Assembly (NCBI GenBank): GCA_051362555.1 | Contig: CM120641.1 | Location: forward strand, 32,990,401 to 33,054,400 | DNA length: 64,000 bases | DNA from: Lingula anatina | Lineage: Eukaryota; Animalia; Brachiopoda | Direction: 5' to 3' | In this document: piece after piece, positions 1-14,539 of the stretch | Layout of the letters: every line of letters starts with the position of its first letter | How positions within the stretch are numbered: position 1 is the first letter of the stretch | Position numbers and translations under genes: made by a program | The notes under the pieces: model-generated | What the model was told of the DNA's origin: nothing | Seen by the model: the letters and a program-made list of their open reading frames with translations, nothing else | The model's database searches: none

Positions 1-617
1 TTCATTGGGCTTAAATCTTCATAGACACGGATCCCGGTCCCTTTCAACAGAAATCTATTTCCAATAAAGTCATCACGGACAGCTTTAGACTTCAGCCTAA
101 TTATAATTTGGCTTTGATCTGCCCTCTTATGTTGAGGTAGCCTATGCGCCGTTTCTATATCATCGCTGACAAGTTTTGGATGAATCGGTGTGTCAGATAA
201 AGTTTTCACCAAGCTGGAGATGCAATGCTTCACATTGAAAGGCTCTTTTTTCTCCATTTCACTTAAGGGGACCCCGGAAAATCTTAGCTGTAAGCGTCTC
301 GAATACTGAGAGTTCTGATTAGCAAGAAGTGTTACTTGATTTAGATCCTCTTTTATTTTCAGATTTTCTGCTCGTAACAAGCTAAGTTCGTCCTGCAGCT
401 CCGCATTAATTTCGGCAAGCTCGGATTTGATGGGAGCTATTTTAGATGTAATGGCCTCATTTATTGCCGCTCGAATTTTCACATCGACAGATTTCATTTT
501 CTCATCCAAATGTTTCTCGAAATCAGTGAGCATGTCTTTCATACGTGATTCAAACTGGCTTAGAAAGTTAAGAAGATTCGGGTCGGGATCATTAGAAAAG
601 GCATCAGAAGACACGTT
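1..617 (-). mobile_element. LINE ORF1-like open reading frame (coiled-coil + RRM type), running off the left edge
   Basis: Stop-free minus frame from 617 (first ATG at 542) to base 1: MKDMLTDFEKHLDEKMKSVDVKIRAAINEA...ELSLLRAENLKIKEDLNQVTLLANQNSQYSRRLQLRFSGVP...DIETAHRLP...IIIRLKSKAVRDDFIGNRFLLKGTGIRVYEDLSP. The coiled coil followed by QYSRRxxLRxxG, AHRL and IxxxEDL motifs is typical of CR1/L2/L1-group ORF1p. Confidence 0.75.
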
Positions 618-1136
618 TTACTTTATGAAGAATGAAAAGACATTAAAAGCACTAAGTTAGAATCAAATGAGTCCCGTTTAGAATGTGCAAAGGGGTTAAT
701 TGGCATTAGGCTTTTTTTCTGATGAAAACCCAAAGGGCCTTTTGTCCAGGGTCTATAGGGCCTAATTTCTTTCTAGTGAGCCTTCTCCAAATTTTTAAAT
801 TAAATTAATCAATTTGCTATAGTTGTCATTTTAATTGATCTAGGGGATAAATAAAGCACAGTTCTTTGGTAATACTTTCGGTTCTTTGAGTTCCATAAAC
901 AGTTGCTTGGGAGATTTGTGTAATAAAACCCTGGGTCTTTATTCAAGCAAAGCGTAACTTATAGTTCCACGTCTCATTTATCGTTATCACAAAAGGGTTT
1001 CGTACTTACGGCGCAAATGATACAAAAACCGCACAAACAACACCGAGTTTGTCTTCCGCACGGTCTACTTAATCAAACAAACTAAAATGTACCATGCAGA
1101 ATCACTTTACTTCTCACCACCCGCTCTTTGTGTACA

Positions 1137-1150
1137 ATCACTATGGTAAC
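1137..1150 (+). promoter_or_regulatory. X-box (RFX binding site) upstream of MOK
   Basis: ATCACT-AT-GGTAAC matches the X-box consensus RTHNYY-WT-RRNRAC. It lies ~400 bp upstream of the ATG of a ciliary-type kinase. Confidence 0.6.
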
Positions 1151-1553
1151 TTATTGTCCCCATTGAGGCTTTACCGCAGCGCACGTCCTACATTGTACTA
1201 AACATCGTACGCATTAAAGTAGGCCTCATGTAAAATATGTAAAAATAAAAATAAAACCAAGATTACGTCCAACGTTACATCTCCATGTCATATCAAATTG
1301 GAAATTCGTTTCTATTTGATAATTTGTTGTCAAAATGAGCGGCTATGAAATTTGAGCAAGCGCTATGATATCCGGGTTTCCCTTCCTGCAAGTAGTTCGT
1401 GGCCCCATGTGTGATAATCCTTTGAGATAAACAACGTCAGATAACGTCAGGATACCTCTGAAAATCTTCAGTGTATGTCCTCTTGTGGGCGTTACTTAGA
1501 TGTCAGGGGGTTCCTAGAATGGTCACTTTAAAGCTGGGCAGATGAACCTTGTA

Positions 1554-4500
1554 ATGCAGAGTAAGTATGCATTTGAGAATCAGGGGATATTTGACTTTCG
1601 ACTGAGGTCTCTAAGTTAAACCAAGTTTATCGGGTTCAAGATCGATTATCAGATTACAATATTCCCAGATCAATGATAGCAACAGAGGTGCATTTAGCAT
1701 TCATTAGGCCAATTAAGGACGACTCCCGTGTGTCAGAAAAGTTACGCTGTTGGAGGGAGTATGTAATGGAGCATTAAATGATGCTTCTTAAGTTATTACT
1801 AGTAATATCTCAAGGGATTTGGAATAGACTGCGCCGCTTGATTTAAAATGGTTGCAGTGAATGTATTGGTATATGGGTTGTAACGTTATTAAAACTACAG
1901 TGCAAAAATGCAGCTAGAAGAAGATATTAAATGATATACGTAACATGATCCACTTCCCAACCTTTTATGCCGATATTATCTCAGACATGTTTGCAGAGGG
2001 GTATGGTAAAAAGTATTTCGTGTGACAGCAATGACCCCCAAACCAAGACCATCACCTCAGTGCAACAGAAATGCCCACACTTCTCACAACCTATATAAGT
2101 TTAAAAATGGACTGAGTTATTCTAATGACAATTTTGACATTTAAGGTGACATTTGTAAAGGAAAAAATTATAATTTTGATTAACCTCAATTATAAATTTT
2201 GATCTTTGACAGTACTATTTGCTATGACCGCATATTTCTAAAATGCCAAAATGAGTGATGCATTTTAGTGACATGTGCCTCCCTCCCCTACATGTACCTC
2301 CAGAAATATGGCTTAGCTAAAGGACATGGCTGGCTTTGGTCCTTAACTGAATATGAAAGTTGGGAAGACCTTGTAAAAACTTTTGAAAGAGAGAGAAAAG
2401 TTTAAGAGTGAGAAGAAATCTTTTTTTACCTCAAAAAATAAAACAGTATACATGTCAATGGATATGCCTATCCTTACAGACTAGAATATGTTGCTGTAAG
2501 TGCTTTCAGAAAAGCAGACTAACAGATTCATTTACAGAAAACTAACAAAAATTTGTAAGAAAAAAAGTTGTGGAGTATTGAAACTGTTGAAAACGTGATG
2601 CCAGTGATGGTTTTAATGAATATCTGATGATGTCAAAGGATGAATCACTGTCATATTGAAAAATAGCTACAAAAGGGCGTACCACCAAGTGAAGTTATGT
2701 TTAAAGATAGCTTCTTCAAATTTGACCATATCTAAATTTTCTGGTATCTGTAAATTAAGGCCATATGCTGGTATCAACAGAGATATGGGAAGAAAAGTTT
2801 CAATTGAGTTGATCTCACAGGTTTATGTAGTGCTTCTTTTTATCCAAATTATCCCATGGTATGCACAACATACCTTGGCTTCTATAATGTCGGATGAATA
2901 AATCCTTATCACCCCAGAGTGATGAAAAAATGTTGGGATCTAACCAAAGAGGTAGAGTAATTATATCGGGGCTTTGTGTGTTATCATGGAAGTTATATTG
3001 AAAAAAAAAAAAAAAAAAAACCAAGACTGTATCCTTGATCTATCATGTCATATAAAATGCACTGAGTACTAATTGTTTGGTAAGGTGTTTGGTAATACTG
3101 TTATTAATATTCAGCCTATGACATACTCAATGTGCAGGCCTCCCAGTAGGAAAATAATGGATTTATTTCATGGTTAAAGGCAACCATTATTTTTGTTAAA
3201 TGCATGTCTTGTGGAACTATTAACCTGATTTATTATTTCAGAGTATCGGGTCCTCGGTAAGAAAGGGGAAGGGACCTTTTCAGAGGTGCTGAAATGCCAA
3301 CACATAAAAGAAGGTTCTTACTGGGCATGCAAGAAAATGAAGCAACATTATGACAGGTGTGGTGCTTTTTTGAATAATTTTTTTAATTGTTTGCCTTTTT
3401 TGTGTGTTTTAGAAATTTGATACTGCTTGCAAATAATATATGCTATTAATTTACCATCTCTTGTTCTAATATATATTCTCTGTCTTTTATCATGATAGAT
3501 ATTTGTAGAAGTAATAGTTGCTTAGTTGTGACCTTTCTTTCCTTACAACTCAGAGAGGGGTATTGTTAAGCATCTTATCAGATTTTAATTTTCAATTTTA
3601 GTATGGAGCAGGTGAACAACTTGCGTGAGATCCAGGCCTTGAGAAGGTTGAATCCACATCCCAATGTTATCAACCTACATGAGATTCTATAGTGAGTACT
3701 GTGCATATTAATTTTTTTAAATTGAATCTAGAACTTTTTTACAGAATGTGGAATTTTGAACAGAGCTTAAATATGTTCAAGTAATAAAAAATGGTGACAT
3801 TTTAACATTATTTTATTTTTCAACATTGGGTGTTGAATAAAATGTTGGAAATTGGATTTGAACATACATTGGAAAATATTATCAGGTTTTTTAATGTGAT
3901 ATAGTGATTGTGGTATTTTCCGTAGTCTGCAAACCAGATGTCAGTTAAGAAACCCTATTAAAGTGATTGGTTTTTGGAGCGCTTTGAAACATCTTATATT
4001 TGAGTCATTCTCTGAATGTATTTATACACTGTCAACTAACTTGAACATAAAATATTGATTTTAACCATTTGTATTTGGCTGTTTCTATGACTCATTAATC
4101 TCACTTCTATCAAATATTTGAAGTAGAGAAAGTGGGCTGTTAGTTCTTAATTGTTTAATAATTGATCCTAAGCATTCTGTGTTGCCACTTTGTATATATA
4201 TGTTCACAGACAGATAAGAAAACAAATAGTAACTAACAAGGTTCATTAGAGTAGCGCTTTGCATGATGGAAAGATCATATTTTACTCATGGTCACATTAG
4301 TAATTTGTATTTATGGATGTGGGTTCATTACTCTGGGCTGCTAATATTCTGTCCAGATTTCTTCATTTTTGTGATGTTAGTATTCAAAGTGCAGTAACAT
4401 GTACTTGATAAAATTCCTTCAAGTTTTATATTTAAACTGACATGCAGGTTGATACCTTCCATTGTCTTAGGGACCGTTCCCACAGATATTTGGATCGGTC

Positions 4501-7500
4501 TATCTCCTGGGGAGTCTCACTAAATTTCTATCAAACTAACCAGCTTAAGCGTCTGTCACGCCTAGTAAAGTTGTCAGGGGATAATTATCTTTATCCCTGG
4601 CTGATTCAGTAGTGACAGGCATTTAAGCCTCTTGAGCTGATAGTAATTTAGCGTGAACGCCCAGGGAGTTGGATTGATCTAAGTATGGGGACCCAGTCTT
4701 AGAGACCATTCCCAGAGACTACTGTATTAACTTTAGCTTAAACAATCTGCAAAGGGATTCTTGCTTAATTGCAATTAACTTAAGCGGCTTAGGTGTCTGT
4801 CACGCCTACTGAAGCGATAGGGGGTAATTAAGTATCATTTAGCAGCTTTAGCAGGCATGCCAGACATCTAAGCCACCTAAGCTGAAAGCAATTTAGCGGA
4901 AAACCCTGTTGAGATGGACCGATCCTGTTAGATCGTTCTAGGGATGGGAACCCAGTCTACCTCCCTATCTTTTTTTCCTGATTAGTATAACCTACATACA
5001 GTATCATTATTGTTGTCTGTAACCTTTTTGGTGGTTCTTTTGGAGAAATTTCACGGGCACCACTAGCTATAGGTATCAGGTACAGTAATTTGACCTGCCC
5101 TGTGTGTGTAACTTTGGACCCTGACAATACTCAGCCAGTACACTCCCAACTATGTAGTGCAGTAATTTACAAGATAAAGATACTGGAAATTTAAACATGC
5201 AAACACGTGTTATATTTTTTTTCAATTGTGATTTTCTACTGCAATTGAGTTAATTATGTGTTTTAAATAGTAAATGAGGTAACGTTACATCATAAAAAAA
5301 GTGAATCTCACTCAGAACAACACAACAGTTCAAGTGATGTTGACAGTTGAATAAACAACATGTGTGATTGTTTTTTTTTTTAAGACTAAGGATTAAGGTA
5401 AATTCAAATATTTCTAAAATGGAAACTAAACTGATGTAAATTTTTACTCGTCTAAGTAGTGTTCATTGTGTGTGCCTTCACATATACATACAGGTTTGGA
5501 TTGTATAAACTGCATTTGATTTTTTTACATATTTAAATGTTGATGGTAATTTTTATATTTTCTTTTCTCTTTGCCAGTGACAAGAAGACTGGGGTCTTGG
5601 TGCTTATTTGTGAACTCATGGATATGAATATATATGAGCTTATAAGAGGTATGCATTTGTTTTAAATAGTGAAAGACTCTTTAAATACTGTATTGATAAA
5701 ACCAGTGGAATATTATTATTTGAATTATAAAATCTATAGATGCAATGGGACTGCAAACTCTTATACTCATGTTGTCTTCTTTGGTGTTATTTTTATTTTA
5801 TATTAAGTTAAGTAAATGTGTTTTTGACTTAAATGACCCATATACAGAAGGAAAAATACAGTAGTGATGGTATTAAGTTTTTATTTTCATATTTTTCTGG
5901 AAGGTCTTTACACTTTTCTTTCTGGGGGGTAAAACTGCCACCTTTGGGCAAAGTGTGTGTATGTTATTGTCATAACATTTGGTAAGAAAACATAACAGTC
6001 ATAACACTGCAGTAGCATTCATGTCAGACTCTTGGTTTCATTCTCACTGGGGTAGTTGAACAGCAAATAAGCTGTGTTTGTAGTAATCCATGATGACCAA
6101 GTAAGTGATCAAGATTAAAATAAGAATTAAAAAATCATAATTACATGAAATGCTGATGCTTCGGATTCTGTTTCTAACTAAAACTTCATCATGTTTGAGA
6201 CTGAGAGTATGAAAGCACCAAGAGAGTAAGTTTGATTGTGTCAATATTTGAAAGTTATTTCTGTTTGCACTTCATACGAGATCTAATTAGGGAATTCAAA
6301 CCATTTATGTATTGCCAGAGGCTTGATAGCATGGCACATTGGCAGACTTTCTTCCATATTGAGTACTTTTATTTGATTTTAAGCTTGTCAACACTCAAGG
6401 CATTTACTTAGAGCAAGTGACGGTGCCTTCAGTCCAAGTTTGTTGTTCAATTAAGTTTCAACTTGATTACCATGTTTACAGTCGCATAGGGTTATGAGAT
6501 TATTGTGTACACAGACATTGATACATTTTCCTCCCTAATCTTATAAATTGTGTAAATATTTAAACATGAAGGGATAACCACACGTTTGTTGTCTTTTGTG
6601 AAGGTTTTTTTTTTTTTCACCAAGCCAACTTTTCAGAAATGCCTGCTGTTATGTAGGATGGTACTTCATCAAATTGAGATAAATGAATGACTTTGTTAAC
6701 CTTGGAATTTATAAAATTTATAAAGAGATTTTTTAACCAACAACTTTCAATATGATTTCTTAATATGGACAAGTGATTTAACCAACTGTCCCTTTAAAGT
6801 AGAGAATAAGACAAGTAAATGATGTATTTGGTATCAAATTGTAGTAAAACAGATTTTGAGGCCGTGAAAAAGGTGAAATATATTTTTCTATAATTTTTTT
6901 GATATAGTTTTCTTCCTTTCTTTAAAGTTTTAATATCAGTTTTTTAAAGTAAAAGCTATGTACTCGTATAAGATTGTCTTAAATTCTTACTTGGTTGACT
7001 TAAAAAATAACTGTTTCCATTTATAAATCCTTAGAAGAAAATAAACTCCTCTTACATTTATCATCATACAGCAAAATATTGTATTACTGGATTTGAATGA
7101 TTTTGATGTTCAATCTGCCAGATGTACATTTATGACAGAATTGAAGTGTTCAACAAATAAGGAAAATCTACTGATTTTGCTCAAGAGCAGTGCAGCAGAC
7201 CAGTTTATTCTGACACGGGATATAAATTGGATTAAAGTTGTGATAATGCGTCGTAATAGTCATCAGTTACCAGTTGCTAAGAAAACTCAAGCAATCACTT
7301 AAACTTACTGGTTGGAGTTAAAATGTTAGATTGAACCTTACCAGTTCAGAGAGTAGTTGGCAGCTAAAGATGGAAACTAATTACTTTAAACTTGTTACTG
7401 ATATAATTTATTGAGACTTCATTTTAAATGTCGCCCTAAAAGTAATTTTTGAGTGGGTTTTTTTCCTACCTGTTGTTTCCTGATGTTCTTGCATGTATTG

Positions 7501-10500
7501 ATGTTTGTTCCTTTTTTTATTAAAAAATATAATTTATTTATTTAATTGTGCATCTTGTTTTTCTCTTTTTTTTAAAGTCAATTAATTTTTGGGTATTTTT
7601 AGTTTAATTTGATGTATAATGTATATCTTTAACATATATGTTTCTGTGCAAAAATGGTAATATGGTGCACAAGCATTGTATAACCAGTTGTCATTTTTCA
7701 GGCAAAAGACAGTATCTCCCTACTCAAAAGGTCAAACTCTTCATGTATCAATTACTCAAATCCATAGAATTTATGCATAGGTAAGAACATATGGTGGAGA
7801 AACCCCCCCCCCTTTCCATGTGGGATGTGAATGCATTGTGTTCGGGTTGTGGAGTTCAACTGTCACAATTGTGTTTCCTGGCACTGTTCACATCTGTTGC
7901 ATGCAGAATTTTCCTTTTGACCAGCATGATAAAATGTTTTCACTATTTCTTTTGCATGATCAAATGACTTCTTCTGTAAATCAAGTTATTATCTTGTCGA
8001 AAAAAATAAGGATTTTGACCGGTGGGTATTATTGATTTTCTGCTCTAAATTATAGATTTTTGGTGTATGAACTTGAGGAAGAGGTCTGGTATCTGTTAAT
8101 ATTGGTTGATAAAGAAATAAATGCAATCGGGGAAATTTCCTACAGTTACAACATCTTGAATAATAACTTTGATGAAAGCAAAATAAAATAATGAAATATA
8201 GATTTATCATGCTGACAAAAGGATGTGTGTGTCTTGCACTAGGGTGTTTTTCATTATCTTGTAGCACCAAATCTTACATATTACCCTAACCTTTTTCATT
8301 TTAGGAAAACGTCATCACTTGCTGGAGTCCACCATCAAACCTTATATGTATCAATTATGTAAATCTATAGAGCACTTACATAGGTAAGCTGTGCTCCCAA
8401 TGTTAGTCCATTATGCTGCAGCATGATAAAATGTTTCATTTTAAAAAAGAAAAGAATTGAAAAATAGAAAGAAAAAAAAGAGAGACGAAGCTGGATGACA
8501 AGAATTGATGCAGTCTAGCTTCTTGGCTCCTTTTCATAATATTTCACTTCAGAAATAAAATTATGCTAAAACAAGATTATTATTCTGTTCTTTAAAAACC
8601 CTGTTCAGTTTGACTGCTCTAGAATTCACTTGATTTCATATTCAAATTGAATGATTTTGTTATTTTGTTATATTATGAAAATATCTGGAGACATCTTTCT
8701 CTGTACCCATTTCTTTTCATTCTTATCCCCATTTGATATTCATCATCTCTCTAACAAATGAGAGCTTTCTTCCTCCTCCTCCTTAGACTTTTGATTACAT
8801 TATTCTTGTCAGTAATATTTCTTTCCATTTTTTATTTGTTTACTTAGTATTATTTACAATATTCTGTATCTTTCTGAATGAACACATCAACACTGTTTGA
8901 AAGAAGTGGCATATTATCAAGTGTGAACTTAATTTAACCATTGAAACTGTATATGGTTTGAAGAACTAACAATGTTTTATTTGCTCCTTTTAATTGTTTG
9001 CAAGAGGTCTGCTTGAGATCTGTAATGTTCTATCTAAAAGTGATAGGTGAACATTTTTCTGCATTTAATGATTCTGAGGGATACGTAATTATCTAAATTA
9101 ACACTGAAACAGGCAAATTTCACTGATGCTTTATTACAATGTGTTTCCTTTTTATTTTTGCTTTAATATTTACTTAATTCTGGTCTTGTTTAAACTAACA
9201 TTTACCAATTCAGTTACTGATATTGATATTGATTTTTTGTTGAAACTTGAATGTACATTATGATTATATATTTTTTCTATTTCTTTCTTTTTCTAGGAAT
9301 GGAATATTTCACAGAGATGTTAAACCAGAAAACATTCTTATAAAGGTAAATTCTTAAAGTAAAGGGCTTTATGAGTTGTGATTAAAAGATTTAAAACATA
9401 ATTTTGAACTTGTTTAGTTCAGACTAATTTGTTAAAAAATTCTTTTTTCAGGATGATGTTTTAAAATTGGCTGACTTTGGTTCATGTAGAAGCATATATT
9501 CAAAACAGCCATATACAGAATATATTTCTACACGATGGTAAGTCTCTGACCGACTGTTGAGATGTTCATGTGAAAGAATGTCTAAATTTTTTATTCATTT
9601 GCACATTGTTGTAATTCATTTAACCAGATGTGCACATAATATTTTCTTGTATTTTAAAGTGAGTGATACATTTATCCTTAAGGCATACATGTAGTGAGTA
9701 CTTTTTGAATGATATCAGAGCTGGTTTTGTTATTTTTTACCACTGTATGACTGAAATATGCCCCATTTAAAACAATGAAATGTTAAATGAAGAAAAATAA
9801 AATCCAAGATCATGCTTGGTCGTTTATAAGGGCAGGATGAGATGATATATTTCATAATTAATCAGAGTAAGAGAAATCTAATGATATTACGCCATTGACA
9901 TCTAGAGAAAAGTAGGAAAAGAAATGCTCTATCCCCTGTCGTAAAGTATACTTTATCTCCCATATGATTATGGAGTATTTTGCTCTGGTATTTTGCATCC
10001 TATACCCCAAGTTTGAGTTTTAGTGACACAAGCAGCTGTTGTGTTAAACTGTAGATTTGTGAGACTTTCTTTTCTTTCTTCAAGCACATGCAAATTAAAA
10101 AAAAAAACATTTAGAGCAATTTTTTTTAAATTTAAGGTACCGTGCTCCAGAATGTCTTCTTACAGATGGGTATTATTCTTACAAGATGGATATCTGGAGT
10201 GTGGGCTGTGTATTCTTTGAGATTGTCAGGTAAGTTAAACAGACATAAATGTACCTTTACAGTTTTATTTTTTTCATTTGCCATTTATTTTTTGAGAAAG
10301 TTGTTGCTGGAATTCATAAAAATGTACTTAAAAAGAGGTGGAATGGAGGAAATCAGTTTAGTTGAGGTTATGGCATCGTTTTATTCCTTTAGTTATGTCA
10401 ATGCTTATAGCTGTTATCTAGATGTTGTTGCTATACAACCTGTTGCATATTGCCATGTTTAATTTTCAATTAAAAAAGTTTTTTTTTTGAGAATGACTGC

Positions 10501-12198
10501 TTGCTGTGAATAATGAGGTGTGTTTTCCTTTTACTAGTCTGCATCCATTGTTTCCTGGTTCCAATGAGGTCGACCAGATTGCCAAAATCCATGATGTTTT
10601 AGGGACTCCAGACCCAAGCATTCTCAACAAACTGAGAAAGTAAGTACACAGACTTTGGTTTTATTTTTTTGCCATATAAATAAATGTTGTTGTTTTGGAA
10701 GTGTAGCTATTGGATTGATAGTTTTGAAGGAAAGAGATTTTTCTGGCACCCATAACAACTTGCTGACAAGAAAATAGGATATGATAATAAGTTTTGAAAG
10801 CCACTTTGTTTTAGCTTGCCTTAAACCTAATGATCATATAAATGCATTGCCCGTTTTTGACTTATATATCCACTTTTTGAGCAGGGATATTAGACTGACA
10901 ATGTACATGATTTTAGTGTGAACAATGAACAATTAAACATTTTTTCACCTCTCAGCAGTCGGCTTCTGAACAAAATACACAATTGTTACACCTCTTTAGA
11001 AACCTGCTCATAAATTGCATTTTCACTGTTTGAATAGGATATTGATGAACATGTGATAAACGATGTAATGGGTGTAAAGCACAGATTACCTTAAATGGTA
11101 GAAATATTTCAATGGGAAATAAAAGACTGCCTCTTTTGGTTTATTTATGTTGAAGTGATGTAACAAGACATTGTTTGGAATGCAACACCACAGGCTAATG
11201 TTAAAAAGTTGGAAGATTTTTAAAATAAAGACAAAGTTTATTTATGCATTTAAACTAACCTCAAAGTAATCACTTACTAGTACATTTGAGCTTTATTATA
11301 ACTGTTTTGAAAGTGCACAGGTACTTCAGGAGTCCAATCTGGACAAGATCGGACATAAACTATTAATTATGAATATAAGATTGATTTTCACGTGACCTTT
11401 ATAATGGATGCATATTGGACCCAAAAGAAAGCCCATGCTTTATGACATAACAGAGCTTTGACTCAGAGCCACAGAGGTCATATTGACATTTAGTCTTGTC
11501 TTTGAAATATTGATCCATTATATACCAGCACAAGGAGGTACTGACGTATTTCCTTGATAAGCATTACTTGCACCAAAGAACTACTTTTATTGTATTTATT
11601 TATTATTATTTTATTTGATATACTTTTTTTATTGTATTATAGCTGGGTTTTTTGGGGGGTCATGAGATAATATGACAGTAATAAATGGGGCAGTCCACCT
11701 CTAAGATTAGTGCTTATTTATTGAACAAAACTATAAATCCTATTGATTATGTTACTTAATGTTATATTCTTGCCCTAGCATGCTCAAATATAATAAAGAA
11801 ATAATGTGTCAGATGTTTATTATCTATAAATCATATTTTGCTCTGTTTTTAAAAGCAATTAAACTTGTTTCTGTGCTAAGTCACACTTCTTCATGGCTCA
11901 GTACACAAAAGCCTATTGAAAGATTAATGGTCGGTGACAGATATTGTTTACCAAATGTCCAGATCAGATATTATTGACTGATTTTAAAGTGTTTCGTAAG
12001 TTGATTGTTATGAATATTTATCAACAGAGATGGACATATTTCAAAATTAGATTGATTTTTTCACATTTCCAGAACAGCATGCTTTTCAATGTAATATATC
12101 ATTTACAACCCTAATACATTTTCTGAGAAGAGTATTTTCCTTATAAAACTGCCTCTTATAACATATATGGATTTATGATTGCACAATATCTGAGTAAG

Positions 12199-12242
<44 letters not shown>

Positions 12243-14504
12243 TTTACCAAATTGATATTGTGTTGTTAAAAAATAATCAATTTTTAATTTTGAAATCAAT
12301 TATCCTTAACAACAAACCAGTATAATATTAAATTTCATTTGATTTGGTTCATTTGAACCATATTGTTGATGTAAAAATAATGGAATAGAAAAAAAACTTG
12401 GAAATAAAACAGTCATAAAAAATTGAGCATCAAGTGATTTTGTTACAATTCATTTCATTTGAATTTAAAATTGTTTCAGCAAAACAAGAGGAATGAATTT
12501 CAACTTTCCCACCAAGAAGGGAAGTGGAGTCGAGAAGTTGGTTCCTCATGCATCTCAACAAGCCATAGATCTGATTTACAAGATGTGTGCCTATGATCCA
12601 GATGAAAGGATATCGGCTAAGCAAGCACTCAAACATCCTTATTTTAAGGAGTTAAGGTAATACTTAAATGTACTCAGCATTAAGTTTTTTTTTCAAAGTG
12701 AGTGTCAGTGAATTTATGAGTGTGCAATATGCATGCAAGGGTTCTTTTTACAAGTTAATCTGTATTCTTTACGAAAACTCCCAACTAATGTGTTAATTGG
12801 CACCTTTCATTTCCAACAAGGTGACCTCATCTGGGTTCCATTGGCAAGTTATGGCCCACTGTCTTCATTCCAAGTCAAGCCCATAAACCTCTGTGCCTTA
12901 TGAGCTTAACTTACAGCAAATTTCACTTTTACCCCCTGCCTCGAAAATGTTCTAGTAATTTGTCCCATTTGTTTATTTAAAAAGTGTATATCAAAGTCTA
13001 AATGTTCAGTTGGAAGATTTACACACAGTCTGAGGATATTATTTCTTCAAGAGCAACAGTCAGAAAGTATGTTCTACAGTTAACTTATGTAAGTATGCCA
13101 TGGCCTTAAATTAGAACTGGCATACAAAGTGGAAAAAGACTAATTCATTTAAATTGATTGTATCTGAGAACCTTTTGCTAATCTTCCGTATTCTTGTTAG
13201 TGCCAATTGCAAGAAAAGCATGTGGCAGTATAACTTGAGCCAAATTTAAATGCTTTAGTGAGTGTAAAACTACTAATGGCTAAGAATGGGAAGTTCTGCA
13301 TAAAACAAATATCAAGTGCCTGGGTTTTAAAATGCCTTGAGTTTGACACCAGTGTTTATAACCACTTCATATTTATGGCAGACACCTTATCAGTTTAGTT
13401 TTGAGGTGGGTTATAAAGCTCGTAGGAAGATATATCAGACTCCTGTCCATTCAAATGGCGATTTATCTTTATCTTACCTTCAGAAGTTCTCTGATGGACT
13501 ACCATTTGAATTATATTTCAGCCCACAGGGATTCAAAAGTATATTATTTTATATGAATCTCAGTGATGTGTTTTCATTCGTCACTGTTTGAGGAGCTGTG
13601 TTTGTAGGTTGTAAGTTTTGGAAGAATTGGCAGGGAGGTACCACGCCTTGGTGAAGAACGAAAAGTTAAGCTGGCTTATCTGAAATTGAAAGTCTTACCT
13701 TGTTAACTACTTCATTTATTTCAACTGCATAAAGGAGGATTGGCAGGAATTTATGCACTGTCATGAGCTCCAAAACCAATTGAAAATGTGAAGTCAGATA
13801 ACGAAGTGGATCAAATTCAGAGGTTTTTTGTTTAGTATTTAAGAGAGCTGCTCTTGTTCTGTGGAGAAATTATTAAATCTTATGGAGGGAAAACGCTGCC
13901 TAAGGTGAGCATTATGATGAGAAAAATGATGTGCAAGTTTAGTGACGCAATTTAACTGAAGTTACATGAATTATATCTCTATGGGTGCAAATCTGTATTC
14001 ACTCTTTCAGTCTGCTTAGATTTTGAATAAGAACTAGATTTTAGAATTGAATTGTGGAATTGTCTACCAGCCCAAGGATAAATGTGTTTTGTTTAGAGAT
14101 GTCACAATCAATGGTGCTGTGCCAGTAAATATCAGTACCTTCACATATATTTGTCTGTAATGGATAAATATAACAGAGTTAGATTGACCTATTCCTCACA
14201 TGCTGCTGATGTGCTATATTTTATTTCAATGCTCTTTGAGATCAAAGAGCTTGGTGGGCTTTTGTAAAATGTAATAATTCAGCTTTCACTTTAAAGATAG
14301 GCAATTTCATTAAACCTATTATCCCCAGGAAGTTTCAGGTAATCAATATGTTGCGTACATTTATAAGTTTGATTAGAATTAGAGAGGAGGATATAAGTGA
14401 TTGTGCAATGTTGCATATCTTTAGCAGCTACATCTCTTTCATAATTGCCAAATACATGTTCTTTCCTATGAATAAAAAAGGACATTCGTTTTGTAAATTT
14501 TTGC

Positions 14505-14539
<35 letters not shown>

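Noticed and set aside
427-660. Plus-strand 77-aa ORF
   Set aside because: Shadow of the minus-strand ORF1-like frame.
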